Shown: positions 52,401 to 64,000 of the stretch, one piece after another
Layout: each line of letters starts with the position of its first letter
How positions within the stretch are numbered: position 1 is the stretch's first letter
Source of the DNA: Antedon mediterranea
Taxonomy: Eukaryota > Animalia > Echinodermata
Direction: 5' to 3'
DNA: 64,000 nt
NCBI RefSeq assembly: GCF_964355755.1
Contig: NC_092672.1
Location: 28,402,437-28,466,436 of the forward strand
Position numbers and translations under genes: made by a program
Notes under the pieces: model-generated
The model's database searches: none
What the model saw: the letters and a program-made list of their open reading frames with translations, nothing else
Told to the model about the DNA's origin: nothing

Positions 52401-54059
52401 TGTTCACATTATATTGGTCACAACTTCGCTGATACTTATCCGATATTTTTCTGAAAAGTTAAATTTGTTGAAAGTTTAATAATCTTTACAGCAATATAAA
52501 TATTAATAACTAAATGCTACGTATTTTTTCCGGAAGTTTGATTCCACTCGTGAAAACAGTAAAATAGGTTAAATTACCATGCTATAATAAATACAAATTC
52601 CTCTAAAGCCAGTTTCTTCCCAAAGGTAAGAAACATCTCTGTCCAAAAACAGACGATCAATGATACATATAGCCAAAAAGGATGAAACAGTAACATTTTA
52701 CATGAAAAATATTTAAATTTATAAGAAAATATCATATATGTTAACAAAAAGTATAAATTGTGTAGACAATTAAATATAAAAACAGGAAACGACATTCATA
52801 TTAAACTGAGTAAAGGACATCAAAAAATATAAAATAAAAAAGAAGATTAAGGCGGATCATTAAGGAGTCTGATTAGGGCTGGAATAGCTGACTTTCAGTG
52901 TCTCTCAGTACGACAAAAGGATCATCAAAGTTTTTCTAAGGCATCTCAAACACTCACGTTTAGGGAGTAACAAACTGCCGATATCAGAAAAAGAAGTTTC
53001 TTCCCAAAGGTAAGAAACATCTCTTCTCGCCTTAAGCGAAGTAAGATCTACAGACCCAAGAACAATATCGTAATGGGTATAGTCTGAACCGAGAATGAGA
53101 CGTAACACTCTTTTCTGAATTAACTCAATACGCTACATGTTTAAATGTTAAAGAGGCATGCCAGACACAGCATGAAGCATACTCTAAACACGGCCTAATA
53201 TATGTGGTATAAACACAATACCATGAAATTTCGATGCTTTCGGAATGATCTGATTATTAGTGCACCAGAGTTCAATCTCATTAAGCATACATTGCATAGA
53301 GGATTACCACCATTTTTAACAATTTCACCAATGGTAAGGTCGTTAACATATTTTCATCGCCTGCAGTTTTCCTCACAAGCATTATTAATGAGGATGTGTA
53401 GATGATATATACTGGAATTAATTATAACTCTATTAGAAAGGAAACCACAGACAATGGGTATGATTGACGGTCTAACACCAATGGAAATCATCTTATTAAT
53501 TAAAACAGTGTGGATCGAACGTTTTGGCAAACATTGACGTAACAGCTTTTACCATCAACATCTTTAAAAATATAGTCAAGCATGGTAATTAAATAATGAG
53601 AAGTCGAAACGCCTTTTCTACTACCGAACTGTTTCAAATGAAGCACGCCACCAAAAACACATACAGTATAATGAACCGTTCCTATTAAATTATTGCCTGT
53701 AAACGGTTTGTTTGAATGACCGACAACCTTTGTAAGACACTTCAGGGCTGTGATAATAAAATGTATTACTTATAAAATACTTACCCAGATTCCAAACTTG
53801 ATTAGTTAAACTAGAATTCGCTTACCGACCAATTTACCTACACTGAAAGAGACTTGCCTTTATTGTCGTTATATGAAGTCAATTTGATTGTTAAGTTTAT
53901 TTGAATTATAATTTATAAAGATTTCGATAAAGCAATTATTGCTACGTTTCGACTATTTTCATGTCAATATCTTTGGTCACGCAAATGACTCTATTAAAAT
54001 CCTCGTTATTATGTTCTTTACTTATGACAATTCTTCTTATGCCCCAATAGATTTGGCAC

Positions 54060-54290
54060 TCCTTATACAATAATTGTTTTTAATAGCTGAAACCCTGTTG
54101 AACAACTCGAGTAGTACATCATCATAATGTTGAAGACAGGCCGATTTTCTTTAAATAAAATAATATTTTGACGAATTTAAATAAACTTTATTACTGTGAG
54201 TGTGGATAGGCCCTACTGTTAGATATATATACACAGAATATACGAATAAACTTTATTACTGGCAGTTGTTTCTCAACGCTTGTATTTATT
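54060..54290 (+). mobile_element. Internal fragment related to the 28129-29422 Helitron, opposite orientation
   Basis: Reverse complement matches 29030-29110 and 28665-28775. Confidence 0.7.
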
Positions 54291-54769
54291 TATAATTACA
54301 AACATTGGAACAAATTTTGGACATGGAAAAGTCACAAAGTGTGATGTCAACTTCTTCTAATTTTATACCCCTTTTCGATATCCCGTCTGGGAAAAATAGT
54401 TTCGTGGCTTCTTCAATAATGTTGTTACCGTCTGCATCCTTTGACACCGTCATTTTTCGGGTTCCTCTACCCTTCACACTTGTATCCCTTGATGGAGCCA
54501 TCCAACTTCAATAATGTGACTTGATTTCATTGCAAATGTATAATTACCATGCATGGATTTACTCTTTTTTTTGTGATGTTAAAGGGGGATTGTGGGTTTA
54601 AAATTGCTTTTAAATATCGTTTATTTATTAAATAAAAAATATTATAACAATATAGACATGTCAGAATGAAGAAGTAATAACGAGAAATTAAAAAAATTAA
54701 ATTTCATATACATTTTTGGGTAAAATGTTAATGTTACTTCAAATTATACAACTGCAAACAATTCTATTC

Positions 54770-55710
54770 CACTTTTACCGATGTAGCATATAAAGCGTGC
54801 ATACCAAAAGCACAAGATAAATGGGAAAACCAACTTCAAAATTGTTTTATTGACTGGAATCTGTGTTGGAAAAACAAAGTTAAGAGTATGTTGCACATAA
54901 AAAGAGTGGCTTTCTTTAATTTTAAGTTGCTACATAAAAAAAAACCAACTAGGTGTAAGCTAAAATTATGGAATTTGTCAAACAGTAATTATTGTGAATA
55001 TTGTAATGAGGAGGTTGAAAATGAAAAGCATATGTTATTTACATGCAAAGAAGTAAAACATTGCTGGGTAAAATGTTGCGCTATGCTGAAAACATGTTTT
55101 GCATTTACTCAGAAAGTTACATGGGAGAAAATTGTACTTGGAAAATATGATGTCAAAATTAATTAAATATTTTCCATTTTAACTTTCTGTGTTTATAAAA
55201 GTAAAGTCAAACATAGACTAGGACTTGTTAAAAAATGTCCATGGTTAATGTTCACTGCGGAGTTAGAAGGTATAATCAATTGTGAGTTTTTAATAAATAA
55301 AGAAAAGGCAACAAAAATGTGGTCAGATATGGACCGTAACAATTTAGCAAGGTATAAAATTAACGTTTATAAAATTAATATTTTTGTAAAGTAAAATATA
55401 ACTCTTTTTTTTGCCTGAAAGAGATAAAAAGAGTTATAAAATAAAGAATTCTGTGGTAAATTATACGTACATTGTTAAGGATTGAAAAACGATTAAAGAG
55501 TGTATACATAGAGGATTTTTTTTTTCTTCTTTCCTTATACTATCATATATAAAATGCAATGGTAGGAGTGAGATATCAGATGTACTGAAAGTTATTTAAT
55601 GTCAATTATATTGTATTGTATCATTACATTGCTCATGTGCAATGCATTGTAAACAAACATTTTATTGATGAAGAAATAAAAGTGGGTAGATCCTACATAA
55701 GACAAACAAA
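54770..55710 (+). mobile_element. Tx1-like LINE 3' fragment
   Basis: IPKAQDKWE, IDW, AFFNFKLLH, CEYC..EVENEKHMLFTC, then AATAAAAGTGG and an A-rich end. Confidence 0.8.
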
Positions 55711-55999
55711 ACATTTTAGGGTAAATTAGGGAAGCTCATTAATATTCACGAGATATTCACAAACACGTCATCAGTGGATTCCAAACTCGCGACGTCATGT
55801 ACGTTGTGTTTGTCAACTAATTTACATCTGTCAAACGACGACCACCCGATCATTGTGAAATACATTTTTTGTAGATTTTCTAAGCTAGGCCTAAAGTGTA
55901 ATAATAACAGTAGTCTTAGCATATATTTATTTGACATTTAATGAAATACAAAATTTAGTACAGATTAAGACCGGCGTGAAGTTGGTTACTTATTCCTTA

Positions 56000-56062
56000 C
56001 TAGAGGGTGAGCTCGCTTCGCTCGCTCCCCTCTAGGAAGTGTAGACGATGGTTCTCGGAATG
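56000..56062 (-). mobile_element. Helitron 3' terminus, second subfamily; 5' end not located
   Basis: CTAGAGGGTGAGC-TCGCTTC-GCTCGCTCCCCTCTAG hairpin plus gatggttctcg, shared with the 28129 terminus. Confidence 0.65.
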
Positions 56063-56882
56063 TTAATGACTCGGGTAAAAAGTTTTAGGACATTCTGGCC
56101 TGGACGATTTCGATCGGTTACCATTATTTAAATGCTTTTGATATTCGTAAAACTAAACCTACTCACTAACCTGTTTCACAGTGTCTTAGATGATTAATAG
56201 CGTCTTACGTATAGTGTGGGGAGGGAGAGTGGCGATAATTATTTTAATTGATGTTTTATTGTGGAGGTGTTCCGGGCGCTTATTCAAATAAATACCATCC
56301 TAATTTGTATAATTAATACATTATTCCGCGACACAGTGAGCCGTTTTGGCCTAAGAAGGAAGACGTTTTAGACGGCTTGCAATATGGGCAGAAGTATCCC
56401 AGGGTCCTGACGGGACACAGATAGCGCATAGTATACATAAAGTCCTGGCAGCTTACTCAACAACTTGGCTATCGGGTTTCATTCCATTTCAAACAAAAGC
56501 TCTTATCATCAATTCTCTCGATGTAATTTTATATAATTATTTCCCACAATTTACTCCTATGTTTTATGATTATATTTAATTTGATCTTTATGTACTACAG
56601 TATTATACTTTTACACGCGCAGTCCGAAAAAAAAACAAAAAATCAAACGGCCAAGGTTACAACTCCTTGGTTGAAACCAACCATGCAGGGAACTTGCTAG
56701 GTGATTGACACACCTTACCTTACCGTGAACCCGGAAATTACTTACCGCGCGTCGAGTTAAAATTTACCGATTGAAATAAGAAAATTTCTTATAAAACCCT
56801 TTATAATATCTTCCTAAGATAGAAATATGGAACAATAGTGTCGATGTGAAAACTAATGTTATCAAATCTACGTCTCCCGGTA

Positions 56883-58165
56883 GCGATTTTTTTTTTGTAC
56901 ATAAGTTGGGGACCCCTTCATGAAACGTCACAAAATAAACATGAATAATTCATCAGTTAAATTTGTTGTTCCGTGTGCACCCAAGCGTATAGCAACAAGA
57001 ACTGCGATACGATACTTTCTACAGTAGGCCTAGGATTCCAAGTCAATTCACGTGATTGCCTTCGCGCACTCTTCTTCACACAAAATGTGTCGAGTCGAGG
57101 CTAATCGACAGCTAGGCAAGACATTAAACTAGTAGTAATTCATTGGACATAGCCCAAAGAAAGCTTAGACCCACAAGAATAAAGAATGTGTATAATTTGT
57201 GTACTGTATTTTTTTAATTCTGCTATTTTATTATCAAACAATATGCATGTACTCAAAGGAATTTTAAAAATGCGCGTATATGAACACATGAGATGGGAAG
57301 ATTTCACCCACGAGAATAAAAAATGTATTTTTGTGTAATGTTTATTGTTTAATTTTGCTGACTTATTACTCGGATTGTGTCATACCAAAGATAGTAAGTG
57401 TAACCAAAGAATATATATCACAAGAATGAGTATTCCGCGATTTTTGCATGAGAAATTTGTAACAGAGAGCTCCAGAGAATGATGCCCGCCCTCATAAGGG
57501 CGGATGTATACATACTAAATAAGACTTGATTTAATAGATATTATACATGTCACATTAAATAGAATTATGATAATAGTTTTTGCAATTGTAAACTATTTTA
57601 TAATACATATTTATTAACAAACTAGTGTACATTCACTTTTAAAGACAATTATTTACTAACATGCTAAGTTAGTTCACAAAAAAGGCCTAACACAGCAACA
57701 CCAACAATTATTATTGAAAGCGTCACAAAAAGTTGTATACATCCCAGATACATCCACACTTATGGCGGCGCCCTACCACATGGACAATATTACTGTTACA
57801 GGGAAAATCGCGGATTACTCATTCTTGTGATATATATTCTTTGGTGTAACTATCTTTGGTCATACCTAACACACACACGTCACACAGCTACTACTACTAC
57901 TAGAATAGACATGGGTTTAGAGACTAATAATTAGGCCTAATAGTATTAATAGAAACTATAGTTTTAACACGTAATTCTTTAGTAATAAATTATATTAAAA
58001 ACACCATAAACTAAAGGCTGATTATTTCGACAATCCACACAAAACGCCGCTATTCTTCTATGAAATCGCACGCCGCAACAACAGCGGAGATAGGCCTAGA
58101 ATCGTACCGCACTTGTGTAATCACTTCTTGTTGCTATACGCTTGGGTGCACACGGAACAAGAACA
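56883..58165. mobile_element. MULE-like MITE copy 2, inverted relative to copy 1, right TIR truncated
   Basis: Reverse-complement match to 2770-3630 with a 439-bp insertion. Confidence 0.85.
57405..57843. mobile_element. P-element-like MITE
   Basis: TIR CAAAGAATATATATCACAAGAATGAGTA (about 38 bp imperfect) and 7-bp TSD GTGTAAC; empty site in MITE copy 1. Confidence 0.8.
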
Positions 58166-59809
58166 TTTTAAGAGCCATTGTCTGTAAGAATCAAAGAAAT
58201 ATCAAAAAGAGTGGCAGACTCAAAAAAATGGATTTCTTTCAAATTTTGCACATGGCTATATATGTGTTGAGAGAAATCAAATATGAAGTATTTTTTATTT
58301 CACACGTATATTTCCATGGCAACGGCCAAATTTGTGTTTTTGACAAATTTTGTCCTTTTTTAAGGTTTTTTAAAATGGATATTGGTACTACTTTGATGAA
58401 CGATATTTTTGTTGTGTTCATTTAATTATAAAAAATACTTAGTGTATGCATAATAACAATGCATTGTGCACCTGTTTCAAATTTTTTTATTTTTTTTTAT
58501 TTCATACTTTGGGAGATTTATTTAAAAAGGGGTGTTTTTCACTTTTTTTAAATTGTTCAATGCAACTAAACTTTACTTCACCATAACGCCCAAAGTGGTG
58601 TATTTTTTTAGCTGATTTATTACAAATAGGTAGTTCCAATGTTTAATAATTGATTTCTAAAATAAAATACTGGGGTAAATTTAAAATCTGCAAGCAGTGT
58701 TGCGAGAAACATAGGCATTTTTATTTAAAAAAAACATGGTATATTAATAAAAACATTTTATTTTCTTTGATTATTTGATTTGAAACTCATTGGTCAGAAA
58801 AATTCTTAATATTTTATATAGTTCTAGTTGTGTTGTGATAAAAAAAAAAAAATTTTTAATTATAGATTCTGTAATTCCCAGTTTTAATGTCATTTTATAG
58901 GTTATATCCTCTGGAAATTTGAATAAATTATCAGATCGTTGTGAATTTTAATCTTTGCAACAGATTACTCCTCTCTTATTTTGAAGCTCCTCTTTCATTT
59001 GTTTACTTCTTTTATTTGCTAACCTAAGCAGATCCCACATGCCCATCCACCACCACTTTCGACTACCATCCCTCCCCCCCCCCCACCCCGACTATAACCA
59101 CAAAAAGATAAACTGCAACACTTCGGTCGATCATCCACTATAGAGTGTCAAATGCATGCATTCAAGCACCACCCACACTGCCGCTACTATCGCCCCAATG
59201 AATAAACAGATTCAAACTCCTCCATCCCACCCCTCCCCATTTCTCCAAGCCCCCACCCACCCCAAGTTAAAAATTGCAATGCAAAAGATAGGACATAAAG
59301 TTAAGTTTTTAGACCCTCCTTAACCTCCTAACTATTTAAAAGTCCTGGATCCACCACTTTTTCCTCCCCAAAATAGAACCAATCAAAAGTCAATGATATA
59401 CTCAGGTATGTTAATGCTACATAACAAATATTGAAGCCCTGATTTGAAATTTCATTTCATTTAAGGTCAGCATGTAAAATATCACACTTTATTATTAAAT
59501 ATTGGTTTTAAATTCTATATTTTTTTTACTGTGATGGTTGGATTCAGTATTAATTATTAATTAATTAATAATTGTCTGATAATTATTTAATTTCCCTTAG
59601 TTATGCATAGCAACAGTTACTATGGTAACTAAAATTGAGATATTCTTTAGATTTTGCCTATTTATCTTATACAAATTTAATTTTAATTTGTAGATTATTA
59701 GCAGGCAATGCCTTATTTGCATTTTCAAATTACCGTTTCACAAGGTCATATTCGTAAACACTTTCTTCTGTGATTATTTTTATTCATGAAAACCCCATAT
59801 TTTATTTAC

Positions 59810-60233
59810 AGCGGCCACCTCCCTTAACGGACGCACTTTGAAAAGCCTGTTTGTTCTTCCTATCTAATTAGTGCATTTGGTGCTTACCGTAAGCAGCTGC
59901 GGGCACCTTTTTATACAAAAAATGAGATTTTTTGTAAGCGGCCAATCGAAAAATGTGATACTTATTGCATGGACCTATGAATTAGAGGTGCATGTTTATT
60001 GTATTTCTTTATATATTAGCTTTATTTTGAAGAGGTTTTAAAAACATTACTGTGAAGAGATGAGAAAACTACACTGATTTTGACCGACCATTTTTCATAT
60101 GATAAAAGTTTTTAAAATTGGTCTGAAAATGCTAAAAAATACTAAACCACCTGATTATAAATAATAGGCCTACAATTATAAGCGGCCACTTTTCCAGGTC
60201 CCGAGGGTGGCCACTTACGGGAGGTTCAACTGT
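59810..60233. mobile_element. Tc1/pogo-like MITE remnant
   Basis: Right end CTTACGGGAGGTTCAACTG followed by TA, with internal AGCGGCCAC repeats; left end missing. Confidence 0.5.
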
Positions 60234-60769
60234 ATTTAAACAAGAATATTTCTTACAAAAAACGCTGCTTGCTTATTGTTATTGCTAAGGTCAAGTCTGG
60301 GGGTCACTTCATCAAGCCTAGATACTTCAAGTATCCTATTACAAACAAAAACTTCAATGGACTGTTTTGATAATAATTCAATGATTATCTGACAGTGAAT
60401 TATAGTAATATCATGGGACTCATAAATACCAGAAATGCTTTGGGATTTGTCATTAGACTCTTTTTCCAGCCGTTTTTGGATTCAACAGGTGGTACCTATA
60501 AAATTATAGTCGAGTTTCCATTTTAACAAAAATGTCAAAGTGTAGTACTATACTGCTGCTTGATTTCATCTAAAGAATGAGTCATCTCGTGTGACGTAGC
60601 GGGCTAGAGCAGCAATTATCCTTAGTTATGCATAGAAACAGGTTCTAAGATAACATAAATATACATATACATTTTGACATAACTTGACCCAACAAATGAC
60701 CTTTTCACAAGGTCAGACATTTTCTGGGATTCAGTAGATAAGTAAATTTGGGAAAAGGTAGTAAAGCTA

Positions 60770-60884
60770 TGTAATCACTTCTTGTTGCTATACGCTTGGG
60801 TGCACACGGAACAAGAAAATTTAACTGATGAATTATTCATGTTTATTTTGTGACGTTTCATGAGGGGGTCCCCAACTTATGCAC
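60770..60884. mobile_element. Isolated TIR of the MULE-like MITE family
   Basis: Reverse complement of about 2703-2818. Confidence 0.8.
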
Positions 60885-61364
60885 GCCACTCAGAGAGAAG
60901 TCTGTGCGTTGCTGCTGAAACCACGTGCTATAGGAGGGGAATGCACCACAATCCTCTGAGCTGAGGGCTGAATCATTCCGCTACCTGCTAAATAGTACAG
61001 AGGGATTTTCCATCTCTCGGGTCTACCGGATCTAGGCGCAGGGGTGTGACAAAATATTATTTTCACTCTGCTATGTTCGAGAGACATGTGAGTGAACACG
61101 CTCGAAATGCCAACATTGCAGTCATTTGATGAGTGTGTCGCTATAACAATTATTGTTTATCGAAAGTTGAATACTGTCGTTCAGATTTTTGAACCGTAGT
61201 TTGGGCACTTTTGTGAAAGTAAAATTTGACACGATATGACTTGAATGAAAAAACAATCGTTACATAAAAATAAACAACATGATGAGTGTATACACGAATC
61301 TATTTAGATACGCTTGTATCGATTGATTATTAGGCCTATAATATAGCATAATAGCACGTTAAGA

Positions 61365-62881
61365 TATGCCTCGCACCTTTTTGAAATTGTAAACTATATG
61401 CCTCGCATGCCTCGCACTTTTGGAAATGATAAAATGATGCCTCGCACAAATATTTGGCATGCCACGCTTGCCTCGCTGCCTCGCACTTTGTCAACACTCA
61501 TTCTCTAGGAACAACACGTGTACCTATCTCGCAAATAAGGTGAACAGCGATTGCCAGGACAAGTTCAATAACTGGCGGTGAATAAAAGGTAACTGATATG
61601 GCGATCCAATAACATGCCGCAAAGAAAAAAATTGCGACAGAATTCTGGAGCGGGTGTGAAAAAAGACTTACGTCCGACAATTGTAATACTAGGCCTAAAA
61701 TTAAAGTTTAGCTAATATGCTTAGCCCTAACCTAGATAAGAGGCCTATGTAGAAAATAATTTAATCAATTTTGATATAATAATAATTGGTGTAATATTTA
61801 ATAATGATACACTATTCCTGTTTTAGTAAGCTAGGTATATTACGACCGATTTTTATTTATTGTTGTAATAAACCTGGCGCTAGTTTCCTTCGCTTGTATT
61901 TTTACTCCAAATTTGATAACTAACTTTATCGTGTGAATACCACACCTTAGAAGTATACCTCATGAGTACTTTAATGAAAGAATCACATAAAAAGTAACAA
62001 ATAAATCCTTAAATTAATGATTTTACAGGCGTGTTTCTCGCACACTGTTCGCGAATTTCACTTATTCAATGTTCAATATTTTTGTTTCTATGGAGCGCCA
62101 AAAGAGCAACGATAATAGAGGACTAAAACTCAGTGGAATGCGTCAATTTCTCATGCATTTATTGGTGAAAAACACGTTTTATTTCAATATATTTGTTAAT
62201 TTGTCAATAAAAATGCTGTAATATGTTATTGCTGATACTGTTCTGTTTTCAAAGAATAATAATCGATCCTAAATCAACATCACTACCTAGTCTAGTCCTA
62301 GGACATCCTACTAAGGATATTATGATGAATTTTTCTATTTTATTCTTTAAAAGGTTACCGAAACCGTGTACATTATCAACAGTACACCGGTGAACAGTAA
62401 CATTTTTCCTTACTGACAGTGACAAAATCTATTGAAATTGTACCTGATTTTCACCAAATAATGCGTTAAATATAAATGGATTCCACAGAGTTTTTAGCCC
62501 TCTAATTAATTTTGCTCTTTTGGCGTTCCATAGAAATCAAAATATTGAACATTGAGTGTGCAAAATGCGAGAAAAACAACGTCTGTAAAATCACCAATTT
62601 AATGGATTTATTGTTACTTTTATGTGATTTTTCTTCATTAAAGTAGGCCTACTAATTCTAAGCTGTGGTATTCAGGATAAAGTTGGTTAAAATACAAGGC
62701 AGGTGCAAAAGGAAACTAGCCTAGCGGGCCTAGGCCTAGGCTACTTCAATTTCGGTGATTTCCTGCCTTGCAATTTTGAGAAATGATAAAATGATGCCTC
62801 GCATTTTTTGATGATGGTAAAACGATGCCTCGCATAAATTTCTGACTTGCCTCGCGTGCCTCGCACTTTGTTACTACCCTA
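61365..62881. mobile_element. hAT-like remnant with TGCCTCGCA subterminal repeats and an internal inverted repeat of about 230 bp
   Basis: Motif clusters at 61365-61497 and 62780-62881 (ending CCCTA); inverted repeat about 61878-62110 versus 62512-62720. Confidence 0.55.
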
Positions 62882-64000
62882 TGCATTCATTATTGCCAGC
62901 GATCTAACTTACTACTAAACAATAGCTAGGTACGCACTTGTCTGGCGGTATCCCTTTGTACGAATCGTTCAACGTTGGGTCGAGACGCGTGATATCAAGT
63001 TTCATCCAGGGACCAAAATGTGTAATGTGTTATTTTCCAGGCGAAGTTTACCGACGGTTACGTCGTGTACTGCGTCGACGTACGCTACACTACAGCAAAA
63101 ACGAATTATGTTAATTGTTCGTTTGTTCACCAATTTTTTAATTTACAAATAACCTTCTGTACCGTGGGGCACCTAAAATAAATTTTTCATCCATTACTAA
63201 ACAAAAAAACATGCAATTTTCGCTTAGCCAACATTATAGCTGTAACCTTGACGTCACGTGCGGTTCTGGGAGTCAAAACGAATTAAACGCGTTCACAAAG
63301 GTATAGATATAAATAATGTTTACTGGGACGGATCCAGACATTTTTGAGAGGGGGGGGTCCGCCGATAAAAAGGGCACATCAGATATTGAGTATTTGAGCC
63401 ACAGCCCCCCCATGGTGGGGGTTGTGGCGAAGCGAATTTTGTTACAGGACACACTTAGATGGCCGGAAATGGCACTCTCGCACGCAAAATCCATGATAAA
63501 TGGCACCTTGTTCGCCGGAAATGACACTTTATTAGCAGGGATAACGATGCAAAATTAAAAGTTGTTATTTTTCAACCAATTTAAACATTATCTGTTGGTA
63601 TTTTGTTTCAATATTCCAATAAAGAAAGAATTACGAAAATCGGACTTGTAGTTTTCGAAATATAGGGTCTAAAACATTGCCGAAAATGATCGTTTTTAGC
63701 CACGAACGTTGTAAACAAATTGCGCCATTTTTCGCTAAAATAATTACATATAATTACGTTTTATAGTAATTTCTTTTATATATCAACATTGGAAATATCA
63801 ATAAAATTTGTTATTAAATGTTTATAAAATATATAGAGTTGTTTATTTAACGGAATTCGTACAAATTCATTGCTCTGAATTTGTGTAGTACCGTTTCAGT
63901 ACAGAGAGATCACGTGACTTCTTGGTACACGCGAGAGAAAACATTCCGCTGTGGGTGATTCGCGTCCACCAATCAAATAGCCAGAATCCAAAATCATTCA

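Larger units (their letters stand above)
45112..54110 (+). repeat. Tandem triplication of a 2041-bp unit; unit 1 interrupted by a LINE
   Basis: atgagcactgtttcaataatttgac at 45114, 50167 and 52208. Each unit holds a decayed minus-strand CR1-like RT relic (QFGSRKGVST, LDFAKAFDRVDH). Confidence 0.92.

Noticed and set aside
63273-63558. Overlapping 80-84 aa ORFs
   Set aside because: They lie in a GC-richer MITE-like terminus (GGACGGATCCAG...) and show no protein motifs.

Overview
AT-rich eukaryotic (marine-invertebrate-like) genomic DNA, mostly transposable elements, with one spliced host gene. The gene is on the minus strand (44309 down to 37081) and encodes a signal peptide, a single YWTD beta-propeller and an EGF domain (LRP/LDLR-like). 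The main feature is 4326-19509. It looks like a 1.4-1.6 kb tandem array but parses as a fully nested stack of ten non-autonomous Helentron/HINE-like elements from two families (7 A, 3 B), sitting inside ORF1 of a decayed Tx1-like LINE. Each inner element sits at the same AATAA site next to the terminal hairpin cap of another element, each insertion adds two A's, bodies and caps close like balanced parentheses, and a cap variant pairs with its body subfamily as the nesting predicts. Every unit carries a tRNA-like Pol III cassette. The rest of the window holds Tx1, CR1/L2-type, RTE and Gmr1-like Gypsy relics, a young CR1/L2-group LINE with an open ORF, canonical Helitrons, MULE-, P- and hAT-like MITEs, Penelope-type minimal hammerhead motifs, minisatellites and a 2.04 kb tandem triplication. 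All coordinates were read by eye; superfamily labels rest on terminal structure and protein motifs, not on database searches.
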